Notes: generated from the letters alone by a model not told the origin. Counted from the stretch's first letter, positions 18,468-28,454 are shown. The stretch: DNA of 64,000 nucleotides from Kofleriaceae bacterium (GCA_047600425.1 JASGLC010000003.1:5155832-5219831), one strand, 5' to 3'. Numbers and translations: made by a program.

Positions 18468-21158
18468 TTACTTCAGAGACGCGCGAATCTCTGCAATGTC
18501 GGTGAGCCGCGGCGCATTGCCCTCGAGCTTCTTCGCGACCGCGTCGGCCTTGTCGAGCGCGGCGGCGGCTTCGCGATTGCGATGCAGCGCGCCGAGGACC
18601 ATGCCTTCCATCTCGTAGGCCTGCGCGAGGTCATCGGTCCCGGGCGCCTTGATCGCGAATCCGGCGGTGGCGAGCCTCTGCTGGGCGAGTGACTCTTCGA
18701 GCTTGCCGTCGTGGCGGAGCGCGATCGCGAGATCGTTCGTCGCGATCAGCGTGGGGATTTCGCCGGGGCCGTATGCCTTCATGTCGACGGCGACCACGTG
18801 GCGGAGCAGGGCGACCGCTTCGTCATTCTTGCCCTGATCCATCAGCGCCATCGCGAGGCTATCCTCGGACTTCGCGGTGTACGGATGATCCGCACCGCTC
18901 GTGACGAGCGAGATCTCGATCGCGCGCCGGAGCTCGACCTCGGCTTCGGCCGGGCGATGGAGCGAGCGCAGGATGCCGCCGAGGTTGTGTGCGGTGATCT
19001 GGGTGTTGAGGTGCTGCGGACCGAACGCGACCATCGCGGCATCCTCGGCCTTGTGATAATCGGCGAGCGCGTCGTCGAACTTGCGCAGCGCCATCTCGAC
19101 ATCGCCGAGCTGGGTGTACGACCGCGCGATTTCAGGATGGTTCTTGCCGTACAGCGCGAGCCGCATCTCGAGGAGCTGCTTCTGCTTCGCGAGCGCTTCC
19201 GAGAGGTGCTCGGTCTTGCGATCGATCGATGCGAGCCCGGACAGCGCCTCGATGTGGAGCTTCGGGATGTCCTTCGCGGCGACCGCGGCGGCCTCGTAGG
19301 CCCGCCTCGATTCGTCGAGGTCGTTCGCCGCGAGCGCGATCCGGCCCTTCGCATTCCACAGCGTCGCCTCGAGCCGCGGGCTCGCTCCTGCGCGTTCGAG
19401 CGCGGCGGTCGCGTAGGTCGCGTATTCGCGCCCGCGCTTCCAATCGCCATCGACCTCGCTGGCTTGAAACGCGAGCGACGTCCACGCATCGACGGCGAGT
19501 GCGTTGTTGCCCGCGGCTTCGGCCTCGGCGGCCGCCGCACGAAACGCTGCGGTCGTGTCCTCGGACTTCGCCTTCATGCCGCGCATGTTCAACGCACGCA
19601 GGTACGAGATTTCGGCGAGCACCGGCTTGTAGCCGACCGTCTTCGCGCGCGGTTCCAGCTGATCGAGCGCGTGCATCGAGACGGCGAAGTGGCCGGCCGT
19701 GTTCTGCGCATCGGCGAACGTCATCTCGTCGCGCAGGAGGCCGACTTCGACGCGGGTCATCGGATTGGCGGGCACCGGACGCGTCGCTGCCGTCGAGCCA
19801 CACTCGTCGAGCGCGGGCAGGTGAGCGACGGCGCGATCCGCGGTGTCCGTGACGACCGCCTTGTCGAACGTCGCGACGACGGTATCGAGCTGGACCTTCG
19901 CCGCGCGCAGACATCGTGCCTGCGCTTCGGCCACCACGGCGGAGCTCGGCGGCGCCTTGCACGCGCGATCGGACGCGGTGACCCACGCATGCGCGTAGTC
20001 ATCGATCGCCGGCTGGATCCGTCCCCACACGGCTCTGCCCTCCGGCGTGGCGGTCCACATCGTCTGCGCGCTCGTCCCGACGTTCGTCAGCTCGGAGCGC
20101 GCGTTGCACGACGGCGCGTCCGCGTGCTGGCGTGTGAGCGTCCAACCCGCCGCACCCGCAACGGCGATCATCGCGAAGCTCGCCGTCGCGATCGCGCGCC
20201 CTCGCTTGCGCGGCGGTTGCAACGCGGCGAGCAGCTCGGGCATCGATTGGAATCGCACGGTCAGATCGGCGGCGATGCCACGGGCGATCACGGCGTTGAT
20301 CCAGCTCGGCGCATCACCGGTGGGCGTGCCGTCGGGTTCGGGCCGCTCGCCGTAGATCACCTCGTGCAGCGAGACGCAGAACGCGTAGATGTCACCGCGC
20401 TCGTCGGGCGCGAGATCCGAGTCGTAGCGCTCGGGCGCCATGTATGCGGGCGTGCCGGCGATGCCACCGGCGATCGTGTCCGCCACGTGCGCGAGACCGA
20501 AGTCGGTGATCAGCGGCCGGCCATGCGTATCGATCAGCACGTTGTCGGGCTTGAAGTCGCAGTGGACGATGCCGGCGGCGTGCGCAGCCGCGAGGCCTTC
20601 GCCGGCGCGACGAAACGTTTCGATGATCTCGTCGATCGGCTTGTTGGCACCACACCACGCGCGCAACGTCGTGCCTTCGACGAGCTCCATCGTGAAGTAG
20701 CCACGACCTTCGTACGAACCGACGTCGTAGACCGCCGCGACATTCGGATGCCGCAACTTCGCCATCACCTGCGACTCGTGGCGCAGGAGCCCGCCGCTGC
20801 CGATCGCGAAGACGTCCTCCGGCGTCGCGGCGATCGGATACAACACCTTCAGCGCGACCTTGCGCTCGAGCTCCGGATCGTACGCCGCGTAGACCACGCC
20901 CATGCCACCGGCGCCGAGCAGCTCTTGGATCTGATAGCGCCCGACGATCGTGCCCGGCGCGAGCATGACGAACATCGCCTTGCCGAGCGCATCGGTCGCG
21001 ATCGGCTTGTGGGTGAGCAGCCCGGAGACGACCGCGCGACAACTCTCGCAATCGGTGACGTGGCGGCGAAGCTCGGCGGTGCGACCGAGATCGAGTTGCC
21101 CGCAGACCAACATCGTCATCGTGTCGTCGCCCGGGCACGCCTGCATGCGCGACGACAT
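18468..21158 (-). CDS. Ser/Thr protein kinase with N-terminal zf-HC2 (anti-sigma-type zinc finger) and C-terminal TPR repeats.
   Basis: The N-terminus CPGDDTMTMLVCGQLDLGRTAELRRHVTDCESCRAVV has the anti-sigma zinc-finger pattern. The Hanks kinase core has RYQIQELLGAGGMGVVYAA...VALKVL...HCDFKPDNVLI...DFGLA...APE. ~450 aa of TPR-like repeats follow. 896 aa. Confidence 0.85.
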   Translation of the reverse strand: MSSRMQACPGDDTMTMLVCGQLDLGRTAELRRHVTDCESCRAVVSGLLTHKPIATDALGKAMFVMLAPGTIVGRYQIQELLGAGGMGVVYAAYDPELERKVALKVLYPIAATPEDVFAIGSGGLLRHESQVMAKLRHPNVAAVYDVGSYEGRGYFTMELVEGTTLRAWCGANKPIDEIIETFRRAGEGLAAAHAAGIVHCDFKPDNVLIDTHGRPLITDFGLAHVADTIAGGIAGTPAYMAPERYDSDLAPDERGDIYAFCVSLHEVIYGERPEPDGTPTGDAPSWINAVIARGIAADLTVRFQSMPELLAALQPPRKRGRAIATASFAMIAVAGAAGWTLTRQHADAPSCNARSELTNVGTSAQTMWTATPEGRAVWGRIQPAIDDYAHAWVTASDRACKAPPSSAVVAEAQARCLRAAKVQLDTVVATFDKAVVTDTADRAVAHLPALDECGSTAATRPVPANPMTRVEVGLLRDEMTFADAQNTAGHFAVSMHALDQLEPRAKTVGYKPVLAEISYLRALNMRGMKAKSEDTTAAFRAAAAEAEAAGNNALAVDAWTSLAFQASEVDGDWKRGREYATYATAALERAGASPRLEATLWNAKGRIALAANDLDESRRAYEAAAVAAKDIPKLHIEALSGLASIDRKTEHLSEALAKQKQLLEMRLALYGKNHPEIARSYTQLGDVEMALRKFDDALADYHKAEDAAMVAFGPQHLNTQITAHNLGGILRSLHRPAEAEVELRRAIEISLVTSGADHPYTAKSEDSLAMALMDQGKNDEAVALLRHVVAVDMKAYGPGEIPTLIATNDLAIALRHDGKLEESLAQQRLATAGFAIKAPGTDDLAQAYEMEGMVLGALHRNREAAAALDKADAVAKKLEGNAPRLTDIAEIRASLK

Positions 21159-21205
21159 ACAACGAGGCTTCGCGCGCTGCCGTTACAAAATGACGTGCGC
21201 CGAAA

Positions 21206-21985
21206 CTATTTGCCGAGCACGCGGCGCAGGCTGAGCTCGATGTTGCTCTCGACCAAGCGAAGAATGCTGCGCATTTCGGACACCGTCGCGCGCGTTCGCA
21301 GCTGAAACGCGTTCTGCGTGCGTTTGTTCAGCGCCACTTGCGCTTCTTCGAGCCAACGAAACGCCGTGGTCTTGTGGACGTTGTAACGCTCGCCGATCAC
21401 CTCGAGCGCCACGCCCTCCACGAAGCGTTGTCTTAGTAATTCGCGTTGCTGATCTGTCAGCGAGGCAAGTGCGGCTTCGAACGCGGACTTGAAGTCCGAG
21501 TGATAGTGCGCACGGAAGTATTGCTGCTGCGGCGTATCGTTCGAATCGGGCAACGCGTCGAGTGCGTCGTCATCGGCCGGCGTGATCGATCGCTTCTTCA
21601 TCGCAGCGACCGCGGCACGCGTCACGATCGTGCGGAGCCAGCTCGCGAGCGCCGCACGGCCGGAGAACGTGGCGATCTTGCCATCGACGAACAGCTTCGC
21701 GCGGACGTCCTGGGCGAGGTCGGCCGCGAGGTGATCGGGCACGCGCAACGCACGCAACGAGCCGGTGATCGTGTCGTGATACGCGCGCTCGAACGCAGCG
21801 ATCGCGTTCGGATCGGTGACGCACGCTTGCGCGAGATACAGATCGGTAATGTGGAGATCCTCGATCGTGTCTTCGGGAAGACTGCGCGTGATCGCGGCGA
21901 TGAACGCGGCTTTGTCGATCGAGAGGTCCGGCCATTTCGCCGCTCCGGCAGCGATTGCCGCTTCGAAGATCGCCTCCGATTCCAC
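21206..21985 (-). CDS. Sigma-70-family (ECF-like) RNA polymerase sigma factor, partner of the downstream zf-HC2 kinase.
   Basis: C-terminal region-4 HTH QQRELLRQRFVEGVALEVIGERYNVHKTTAFRWLEEAQ. Region-2-like segment LYLAQACVTD...AFERAYHD. 47-nt gap to the kinase gene on the same strand. Confidence 0.6.
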   Translation of the reverse strand: MESEAIFEAAIAAGAAKWPDLSIDKAAFIAAITRSLPEDTIEDLHITDLYLAQACVTDPNAIAAFERAYHDTITGSLRALRVPDHLAADLAQDVRAKLFVDGKIATFSGRAALASWLRTIVTRAAVAAMKKRSITPADDDALDALPDSNDTPQQQYFRAHYHSDFKSAFEAALASLTDQQRELLRQRFVEGVALEVIGERYNVHKTTAFRWLEEAQVALNKRTQNAFQLRTRATVSEMRSILRLVESNIELSLRRVLGK

Positions 21986-22047
21986 CGAGATCGGAGGTTA
22001 ACAGAGAAAGTCCGCAACGCCGCCGCAACGCCTCGCTCTGAGGGGGC

Positions 22048-22629
22048 ATGAAATGGTTCCTGCTTGTCGCCTGGTTTGCCGCATGTAGCGGCGGTTCCGA
22101 TGATCGTTCGCAGCCCGATGGAGGTGGTCGCGGTGGCGGAGGAGGTGCGGCGCTCGCGGTCAACGCGTCGGTCCCGCAGTCGTGTCAGTCGTGCCTGTCG
22201 ACATCGTCGGGCAACGAATGCTCGGCGAAGCAGAAGATCTGCGAGGCCGACTCCGAGTGCGTCGCGCTGAACAAGTGCATCAACAACTGCGCGAACATCA
22301 ACTCGGGTTGCATCGATAGCTGCGGCGATGCGGCGTCGGCGAATGCGATCGACGAGTGGAACGCGTGGGCCGATTGCGGTTGCAACACGTGCGGGTCGCA
22401 GTGTGGTCAGACGTTTTGCAGCGCCGGTGGAGGTGCCGGCAGTGGCAGCGGGGGAGGCGGTAGCAATGCGTGCATCCAGAACGAACAGCAGTGCGCGGCG
22501 AACGAGGCGTGTTGCACGTTTTGCGCGTCGGATGGTTATTGCGGATGCATCCCGACGAACAACAACGGATGCACCAGCGATCACGATTGCTGCAGCGGGT
22601 TTTGTGACAACCAAGGGTTTTGCGATTGA
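22048..22629 (+). CDS. Small secreted cysteine-rich lipoprotein (~36 Cys in 193 aa).
   Basis: The signal MKWFLLVAWFAACSGG has a lipobox. The mature part is made of repeated Cys modules (CQSCLSTSSGNECSAKQKICEADSECVALNKCINNCANINSGCIDSCG..., CGCNTCGSQCGQTFC, CCTFCASDGYCGC, CTSDHDCCSGFCDNQGFCD). No recognisable family. Confidence 0.6.
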   Translation: MKWFLLVAWFAACSGGSDDRSQPDGGGRGGGGGAALAVNASVPQSCQSCLSTSSGNECSAKQKICEADSECVALNKCINNCANINSGCIDSCGDAASANAIDEWNAWADCGCNTCGSQCGQTFCSAGGGAGSGSGGGGSNACIQNEQQCAANEACCTFCASDGYCGCIPTNNNGCTSDHDCCSGFCDNQGFCD

Positions 22630-22657
22630 GCTGAAACGGCTCGCTCGCCCGCCGATG

Positions 22658-23205
22658 CTAGTCCCCTGACCAGAATCGGATCGGCCCGGTGTCCATGTGG
22701 ACGAAGCCGCTATCGAGATAGAGGCCAACGCCACCGATCTTCTGCGCCTTCGCCCACGCGTGGAGCTGTTGCGTGGTGACGTTCGGCAGGAAGAAGTCGA
22801 TCGCGTTGCCGTGCGTGTGCTGCGAATCGCGTGCGACCTGATGGCCCTTCTTGCGGAGGATCAGGTTGAACTTCGGGTGGCGAAACGCGGACACGATGTG
22901 CACGGTGTCCTGTTTGAAGTGCTGGGCAGCGTCGACGACGATCGGCACCAGCTTCGGCTCCATCTTCATCGATTGGTTCGTGTAGTGATCGCGTAGAAAG
23001 TGATCCGACTCGGCCGGGAGGTGCTGCGGATCGACGGCGAGCCACTCGTGCGTGTGCTCGTTGTACAGGTTGATCAGCGGCACGGGCTTGGTGCCGGCGA
23101 CCGGAATCGGCCCGTGCGTCTTGGTCTTCGCGGCGAGCGCGCGATCCTTCTTCGACTCCGCGAAGGCGGTGCTGCACAACGCGAGCAGCACGAGCCACTT
23201 CAACG

Positions 23206-23209
<4 letters not shown>
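22658..23209 (-). CDS. Secreted DUF882 / peptidase-M15-like (YcbK-type) protein. Last gene of the Ubl operon.
   Basis: Start at ATG 23209 overlaps the upstream stop (ATGA). Signal MTLKWLVLLALCSTAFA. FRHPKFNLILRKKGHQVARDSQHTHGNAIDF...GGVGLYLDSGFVHMDTG is the YcbK/M15A His/Asp metal-site pattern. The ORF-track N-terminal 105 aa are an out-of-frame-looking extension. Confidence 0.6.
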
Positions 23210-24029
<820 letters not shown>

Positions 24030-24033
<4 letters not shown>

Positions 24034-24380
24034 CTTAGCACCCAGCGTTGCAATTCCGAGAAGTCCTGGGCGAACAACGCGGCTTCGACGGGGCCATCCG
24101 CCAGGATTCCGACGACGAGGTGCTGGACCGGGTAGGCGGTCGCCTGCTCGCGATCGGTCGGGGAGAGGTAGGCGCGGCCGTTCGTGTGCGAGTGATAGAA
24201 GATGCGGGCGGGCTCGTCGGTGTCGAAGGAGCGGGCGAAGTCGAACAGCTCGCGGCCGTCGAGGGCGAAGCGATCGGGGCGCGGCTCGGCGTTGGTGCAC
24301 GCCACGACGCGCCTGTCAGTTACGTATCCGCAGCATTCGTTTGGGAATTCCCGCGACGCGTGAGCGAGCACATCGGCCAT
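24030..24380 (-). CDS. JAMM/MPN+ metallopeptidase (Mov34 family).
   Basis: REFPNECCGYV near the N-terminus and HSHTNGRAYLSPTD, the JAMM motif (E...HxHx7Sx2D). ~117 aa. Start chosen at ATG 24380 (MADVLAHASREFPNECCG). Confidence 0.75.
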
Positions 24381-24456
24381 GAAGTCGATCACGCGCCGCG
24401 ATCCGATCGTGCACGTGGACGTGCACGTGCCACGTGCCACGTGCACGTCATTACCT

Positions 24457-24879
24457 TCATTTTGACGACGCCTCGACGAGGAACTGGGTCGCCGCGATGC
24501 CGCCGCGCCAGAACGCCAATGCTACTTCGTCGCCCGCGCCGCCCGGCCACCACGCGGGCCGCGGAGCTAGGACCACTTCTTTTTCGGCCGTGCGCGCATT
24601 CGCGGGCTCGTGTGTCGGCGCGCCGTCGGACTCCGCGATCACGCGCGTATCGGGCGCATGCGCGGCGACCTGTGCGCGTTGTTCGGCCGTCGAGCTCGTG
24701 ATCACGAGCGTTCCCACGCCAGCCGCCGCGAGAAACATCGCCGCGATCAGCTCCGCACGGGGATCCGGCTCGCGCAACGCGATCTTCGCCGCCGCGACCA
24801 TGATCGCGGTCTGTCCGAGCCCACCGAACTCCGGCAGCTGGATGTGGCGTGCGTAGCGCTGAGCCTGCTCGTCGCGCAC
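24457..24879 (-). CDS. Small protein resembling a degenerate ThiF/MoeB (E1) N-terminal segment, likely non-catalytic.
   Basis: QRYARHIQLPEFGGLGQ...LAAAGVGTLVI parallels the E. coli ThiF N-terminus (RYSRQILL...GQ...LAGAGVGTLVL). The Gly-rich nucleotide loop (GLGGLG) is replaced by IMVAAAKIA and there is no Rossmann continuation. GTG start lies directly after the MoaD stop (TGAGTG). Codon usage is consistent with coding. Confidence 0.4.
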   Translation of the reverse strand: MRDEQAQRYARHIQLPEFGGLGQTAIMVAAAKIALREPDPRAELIAAMFLAAAGVGTLVITSSTAEQRAQVAAHAPDTRVIAESDGAPTHEPANARTAEKEVVLAPRPAWWPGGAGDEVALAFWRGGIAATQFLVEASSK

Positions 24880-25149
24880 TCAGCCGCCCGCGATCGCCGG
24901 GATGATCGAGATTTCGTCGCGCGCGGTGACTGCCGTATCGAGGCCCTGTAACGCCGTGATGTCGTCGGGCCCGACGTAGATCCGGATGTACGGCTTCAAC
25001 GCGCCGTCCGCGAGCAGCTTGCCCGCGATCGTCGGATGCTTTGCTTCGAGCGCCGTGATCGCATCGCGGACGGTCGCCGCCTCGACGTCGATCTCCGACT
25101 GATGTTGGACGAGTTGGCGAAGCGCACTTGGAATTCGGATCGTTGCCAT
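24880..25149 (-). CDS. MoaD/ThiS-like ubiquitin-fold sulfur-carrier protein with C-terminal Gly-Gly.
   Basis: 89 aa from ATG 25149, with AAAGG 8 nt upstream. Ends ...ISIIPAIAGG and is followed immediately by the stop, the diagnostic free C-terminal GG. The beta-grasp pattern resembles MoaD/CysO. The start overlaps the ThiF stop (TGATG). Confidence 0.75.
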   Translation of the reverse strand: MATIRIPSALRQLVQHQSEIDVEAATVRDAITALEAKHPTIAGKLLADGALKPYIRIYVGPDDITALQGLDTAVTARDEISIIPAIAGG

Positions 25150-25799
25150 CAGGCGACCTTTCGATGTGCGGAGCAATCCGCACGAGGAGCGAAGCGTACG
25201 ATGCGCGGCTGCGCGCTGGTGCGTAGATCGTCGAACACGTACAGCGTGCCGAGCGTTCCGTGCTGAGGATCCTTCGCAACGGCCAGCGCGAGCGCCGCGG
25301 CGGCACCACCGATCGCGCCGACGATCGGCCCGAGCACACCGCCGGTCGCACATGTCATTCCGGCGACCGGCTCCTCGAAGAAGCAGCGATAACACGCGGT
25401 GCCCGGCGCTCCGACCGTGATGTTGCCGCCGAACTGCAGCGCCGCCGCGATCACGTACGGCTTAGCGTGGGCGACCGCCCAATCGGCGACCGCGAACTTC
25501 GTCACCGGATCGTCGCTACCGTCGACGATGAGATCGCAATCGCCCGAAATATCGTCGGCATCTTCGGCGACCCACGCGAGCTTGTAGCCCTTCGCGGTCC
25601 CGCCGCGCTCGGTCACGCGCGCCGCGAGGAGTGGTGCCTTCGCACCGCCGACATCGGCGCTCGTGAATTGGATCTGGCGATGCAGATTCGAGACCTCGAC
25701 GACATCCGGATCCACGATCGTCAGCTCGACGCCGGCTGCACCCAACGCGAATGCGAGTGGGCCGCCCAGACCGCCGGCGCCGACGATCGTCGCCTTCAC
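25149..25799 (-). CDS. ThiF/MoeB-type E1-like adenylyltransferase (short form, 216 aa).
   Basis: IVGAGGLGGPLAFALGAAGVELTIVDPDVVEVSNLHRQ is the canonical E1 Rossmann/adenylation motif. It has a single CxxC (CYRC). GTG start overlaps the stop of the upstream Zn-ribbon gene (GTGA). Confidence 0.8.
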   Translation of the reverse strand: MKATIVGAGGLGGPLAFALGAAGVELTIVDPDVVEVSNLHRQIQFTSADVGGAKAPLLAARVTERGGTAKGYKLAWVAEDADDISGDCDLIVDGSDDPVTKFAVADWAVAHAKPYVIAAALQFGGNITVGAPGTACYRCFFEEPVAGMTCATGGVLGPIVGAIGGAAAALALAVAKDPQHGTLGTLYVFDDLRTSAQPRIVRFAPRADCSAHRKVA

Positions 25800-26143
25800 G
25801 CCGCGTCGGCCTTCTTGCCGCAGAGATTACAGACGCCTTGCTCGTTGATGATCCCGACGCACGCGCCGTCGGGGCAGACTTCTCGGCCGACCCAGTCGCT
25901 GTCCGTCCCGGGCATGAGGTCTTCGTTCTCGTCCTCGTGCGCGTGCTCGCCCTTGTCGGCGTGCGCGGTGTCCGAGTCTTCAGAGTCCGAGTCCTCCGCC
26001 GACGTATCCATCCCGCGCTCGCGCTCGTTGTTCCACGTCGGCGACATCTGCCCGCAGACCTTGCATTGGCCATCGGGCCCGATCACGCCGACGCACGAAC
26101 CATCCGGGCAAACTTCGCGGGTATCCCATTCGTCGACGGTCAT
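25796..26143 (-). CDS. Small double zinc-ribbon protein with acidic linker.
   Basis: MTVDEWDTREVCPDGSCVGVIGPDGQCKVCG ... acidic linker (DTSAEDSDSEDSD...HEDENED) ... REVCPDGACVGIINEQGVCNLCG. This gives two CPDGxC-x9-Cx2CG modules. ATG 26143 overlaps the FHA stop (ATGA). The ORF-track N-terminal 56 aa were discarded. Confidence 0.55.
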   Translation of the reverse strand: MTVDEWDTREVCPDGSCVGVIGPDGQCKVCGQMSPTWNNERERGMDTSAEDSDSEDSDTAHADKGEHAHEDENEDLMPGTDSDWVGREVCPDGACVGIINEQGVCNLCGKKADAA

Positions 26144-26706
26144 GACTTGCCTCCAAGCGCCGCGAACAAATCGTCCGCGAGATAGAACGTGACATCGACA
26201 TCGCCCAAGCGCAGCACCGCGCGCGAGTCGATGTTCTGTTCCTTGCGCGCGTCGAGCACGGCGCCCTTCAACCAGCTGCCGTTCTTCGAGCCGGCATCGG
26301 CGACGACCCATCGCGCGCCGGACTTCTTCAGATACGCGTGCAGCCGCGAGATCGACGTGTCGTTGATGACGACGTCGTTGTTCGGCGTTCGCCCGATCGT
26401 GATCCGATCTGGAAACGACGCGCCTGGCTTCTTCGCGAGCGGGTACACCTCGAGCTCGATCTCGTCGGGCAGATCGCGCCCGAACGGGAGTGTCTCGTCA
26501 CCGGGCGCGACGTCGAGATCGTCGTCCAACGTCAGCGTGCGGACGCCGCTGCCCGCCGCGTCGACAGCACTATCCTTGCGATAACGCACGAGTGCCGCCG
26601 GCGCCGACGATGCGAGGAACTCCTCGCGGCCGAGCTGGACCAGGTGGCGATAGTGCCCCGAGGCATCCACGGGCGGACTCTTCGCATACGGCGGCGCCCC
26701 CGGCAA
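26140..26706 (-). CDS. FHA-domain protein. First gene of the Ubl operon.
   Basis: ITIGRTPNNDVVINDTSISRLHAYL...GSKNGSWL is the classic FHA core (GR...D..L....SR.Ha.........D.gS.NGt). 188 aa. Divergent from efp with a 48-nt intergenic region. Confidence 0.7.
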   Translation of the reverse strand: MPGAPPYAKSPPVDASGHYRHLVQLGREEFLASSAPAALVRYRKDSAVDAAGSGVRTLTLDDDLDVAPGDETLPFGRDLPDEIELEVYPLAKKPGASFPDRITIGRTPNNDVVINDTSISRLHAYLKKSGARWVVADAGSKNGSWLKGAVLDARKEQNIDSRAVLRLGDVDVTFYLADDLFAALGGKS

Positions 26707-26754
26707 GTCCGCGTTTGACAGGCATTACCGCGACGGGGTAAACGTCCCGACGTC

Positions 26755-27318
26755 ATGTACGACACCTCCGATATTCGCAAGGGCCTCAAGGTCTTGATGG
26801 ACGGGAACCCCTACAACGTCATCGAGTTCCAGTTCGTGAAGCCCGGCAAGGGGGCGGCGTTCACGCGCACGAAGTTCAAGAACCTGCTCACCGGCGCGGT
26901 CGTCGAGCGCAACATCCGCTCGGGTGAAAAGCTGGAGCCCGCGAACGTCGAGACCAAGGACATGCAGTTCCTCTACAAAGAGGGCGGCGATCTCGTGTTC
27001 ATGGATCAGGTGAACTACGAGCAGGTCACGATCGCGACCGACATGATCGGCGACGCGCACGACCTCATGAAGGACAACCTGCCGTGCACGGTCGTGTTCT
27101 TCAACGATCGCCCGGTCGACGTCACGCTGCCCACGTTCGTGTTCCTCGAGGTCACGGCGTCGGAGCCGGGCGTCCGCGGTGACACCAGCGGTAACGTCCA
27201 GAAGCCGGCCACGCTCGAGACGGGCGCCACGGTTTCGGTGCCGCTGTTCATCCGCGTCGGTGACACGGTCAAGGTCGACACGCGCACGCACGAATACGTC
27301 GAGCGCGTTAACAAGTAG
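26755..27318 (+). CDS. efp: Elongation factor P.
   Basis: MYDTSDIRKGLKVLMDGNPYNVIEFQFVKPGKGAAFTRTKFKNLLTG. The KPGKG loop with the modifiable Lys. 187 aa. Confidence 0.95.
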   Translation: MYDTSDIRKGLKVLMDGNPYNVIEFQFVKPGKGAAFTRTKFKNLLTGAVVERNIRSGEKLEPANVETKDMQFLYKEGGDLVFMDQVNYEQVTIATDMIGDAHDLMKDNLPCTVVFFNDRPVDVTLPTFVFLEVTASEPGVRGDTSGNVQKPATLETGATVSVPLFIRVGDTVKVDTRTHEYVERVNK

Positions 27319-27320
27319 TC

Positions 27321-28454
27321 ATGCACGGGCGCGTCATTGCGCTCGACCCCACGTCGCGAACGGCGATCGTTCGCACCGAGCGCGAAGATCTTCGCGTCGC
27401 CGCCGAACCGAGCTGGCGGGTCGGGCAGTTACTCGACACCACGCATGTCCCACCCGAGCCGTATCCGGCGCCGGGGTCCGAGGTCATGCGGATGCCGCGC
27501 GTGCGGATGCAGATGCTCCGGGCGCGAGCGCAGGCGTTGTCCGCCGTCCGGACGTTCTTCGCGCAACGCGGCTTCCTCGAAGTCGACACGCCGCTCCTCG
27601 TGCCGAGCCCCGGCCTCGAGATCCATCTCGATGCGGTGCAGGCCGGTGATGGCTATCTGATCACCTCGCCCGAGTATTCGATGAAGCGGCTGCTCGCGGC
27701 CGGCTTCGAGAAGATCTTCACGGTCTGCAAGTGCTTCCGCGCGAACGAACGCGGCGCGCATCACTCGAGCGAGTTCACGATGATCGAGTGGTACCGCGGC
27801 TACGACGGCATCCACGCGATCGCGCGCGATACCGAGGAGCTCGTCCATGCCGTGTGTGGCGATCACGCGCGGATCGGCGATCGCAAGATCTACGTGAAGC
27901 CGCCGTGGAAGCGGATCAGCGTGCGTGCTGCGATGCAGGAGTTTGCCGGCGTTCGCGTCGATGGCGACGAATCCGCCGACGAGCTGACAGCTCGCGTCCG
28001 CGCCGCGGGGATTCCGTGCGCGCCGCACCTCGCGTGGGACGACGTGTTCTTCACCGCGTGGCTCGCGCGGGTCGATCCGGCGTTGGCCGCGCTCGATCAC
28101 GCTATCATCGTCGAGGATTGGCCCACACCGCTCGCCGCACTCGCGCGCCGAAAGCCAAACGAGCCAGGCACGGCGCTCCGGTTCGAGGCGTACATCGGCG
28201 GGATCGAGCTCGCGAACGCGTTTGATGAATTGGTCGATGCGAACGAGCAAGAAGCGCGGTTCCGCGACGAGCAGAAGCAACGCTACGATCGCGGCCGGCC
28301 GGTCTATCCGATCGATACGAAGCTGGTCGCGGCGTTGCGCGAGGGTTTGCCGCCGAGCGGTGGGATCGCCCTCGGCTTCGACCGCCTCGTGATGCTGGCG
28401 ACCGGCGCGACGGACATCGCGCAGGTCCAAGCGTTTAGCGATTCGGAACGCTGA
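27321..28454 (+). CDS. epmA: EF-P lysine aminoacylase (EpmA/PoxA, class II aaRS paralog) with ~55-aa N-terminal extension.
   Basis: From MRMPRVRMQMLRARAQALSAVRTFFAQRGFLEVDTP onward it aligns with E. coli EpmA (…[22 protein letters not shown]…TSPEYHMKRLL…FRNEE…EFTMLEWY). The ATG at 27321 lies 2 nt after the efp stop. An alternative start is ATG 27486. Confidence 0.8.
   Translation: MHGRVIALDPTSRTAIVRTEREDLRVAAEPSWRVGQLLDTTHVPPEPYPAPGSEVMRMPRVRMQMLRARAQALSAVRTFFAQRGFLEVDTPLLVPSPGLEIHLDAVQAGDGYLITSPEYSMKRLLAAGFEKIFTVCKCFRANERGAHHSSEFTMIEWYRGYDGIHAIARDTEELVHAVCGDHARIGDRKIYVKPPWKRISVRAAMQEFAGVRVDGDESADELTARVRAAGIPCAPHLAWDDVFFTAWLARVDPALAALDHAIIVEDWPTPLAALARRKPNEPGTALRFEAYIGGIELANAFDELVDANEQEARFRDEQKQRYDRGRPVYPIDTKLVAALREGLPPSGGIALGFDRLVMLATGATDIAQVQAFSDSER

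Noticed and set aside
24457-25149. MoaD fused to the downstream E1-like fragment as a single pro-Ubl processed by JAMM.
   Set aside because: A TGA stop follows directly after the Gly-Gly codons in the sequence as given. A fusion would require a sequencing error. It is noted as a check for read-level validation, not claimed.
24880-25395. Full 171-aa ORF for the MoaD-like gene.
   Set aside because: The first 82 residues are Arg/Cys-rich and overlap the E1 gene. The internal ATG at 25149 has an AAAGG RBS, yields a typical ~89-aa Ubl, and overlaps the E1 stop (TGATG).
27321-28454. epmB (lysine 2,3-aminomutase) expected next to efp-epmA.
   Set aside because: No radical-SAM KamA-like ORF is present nearby. 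It is presumably encoded elsewhere.
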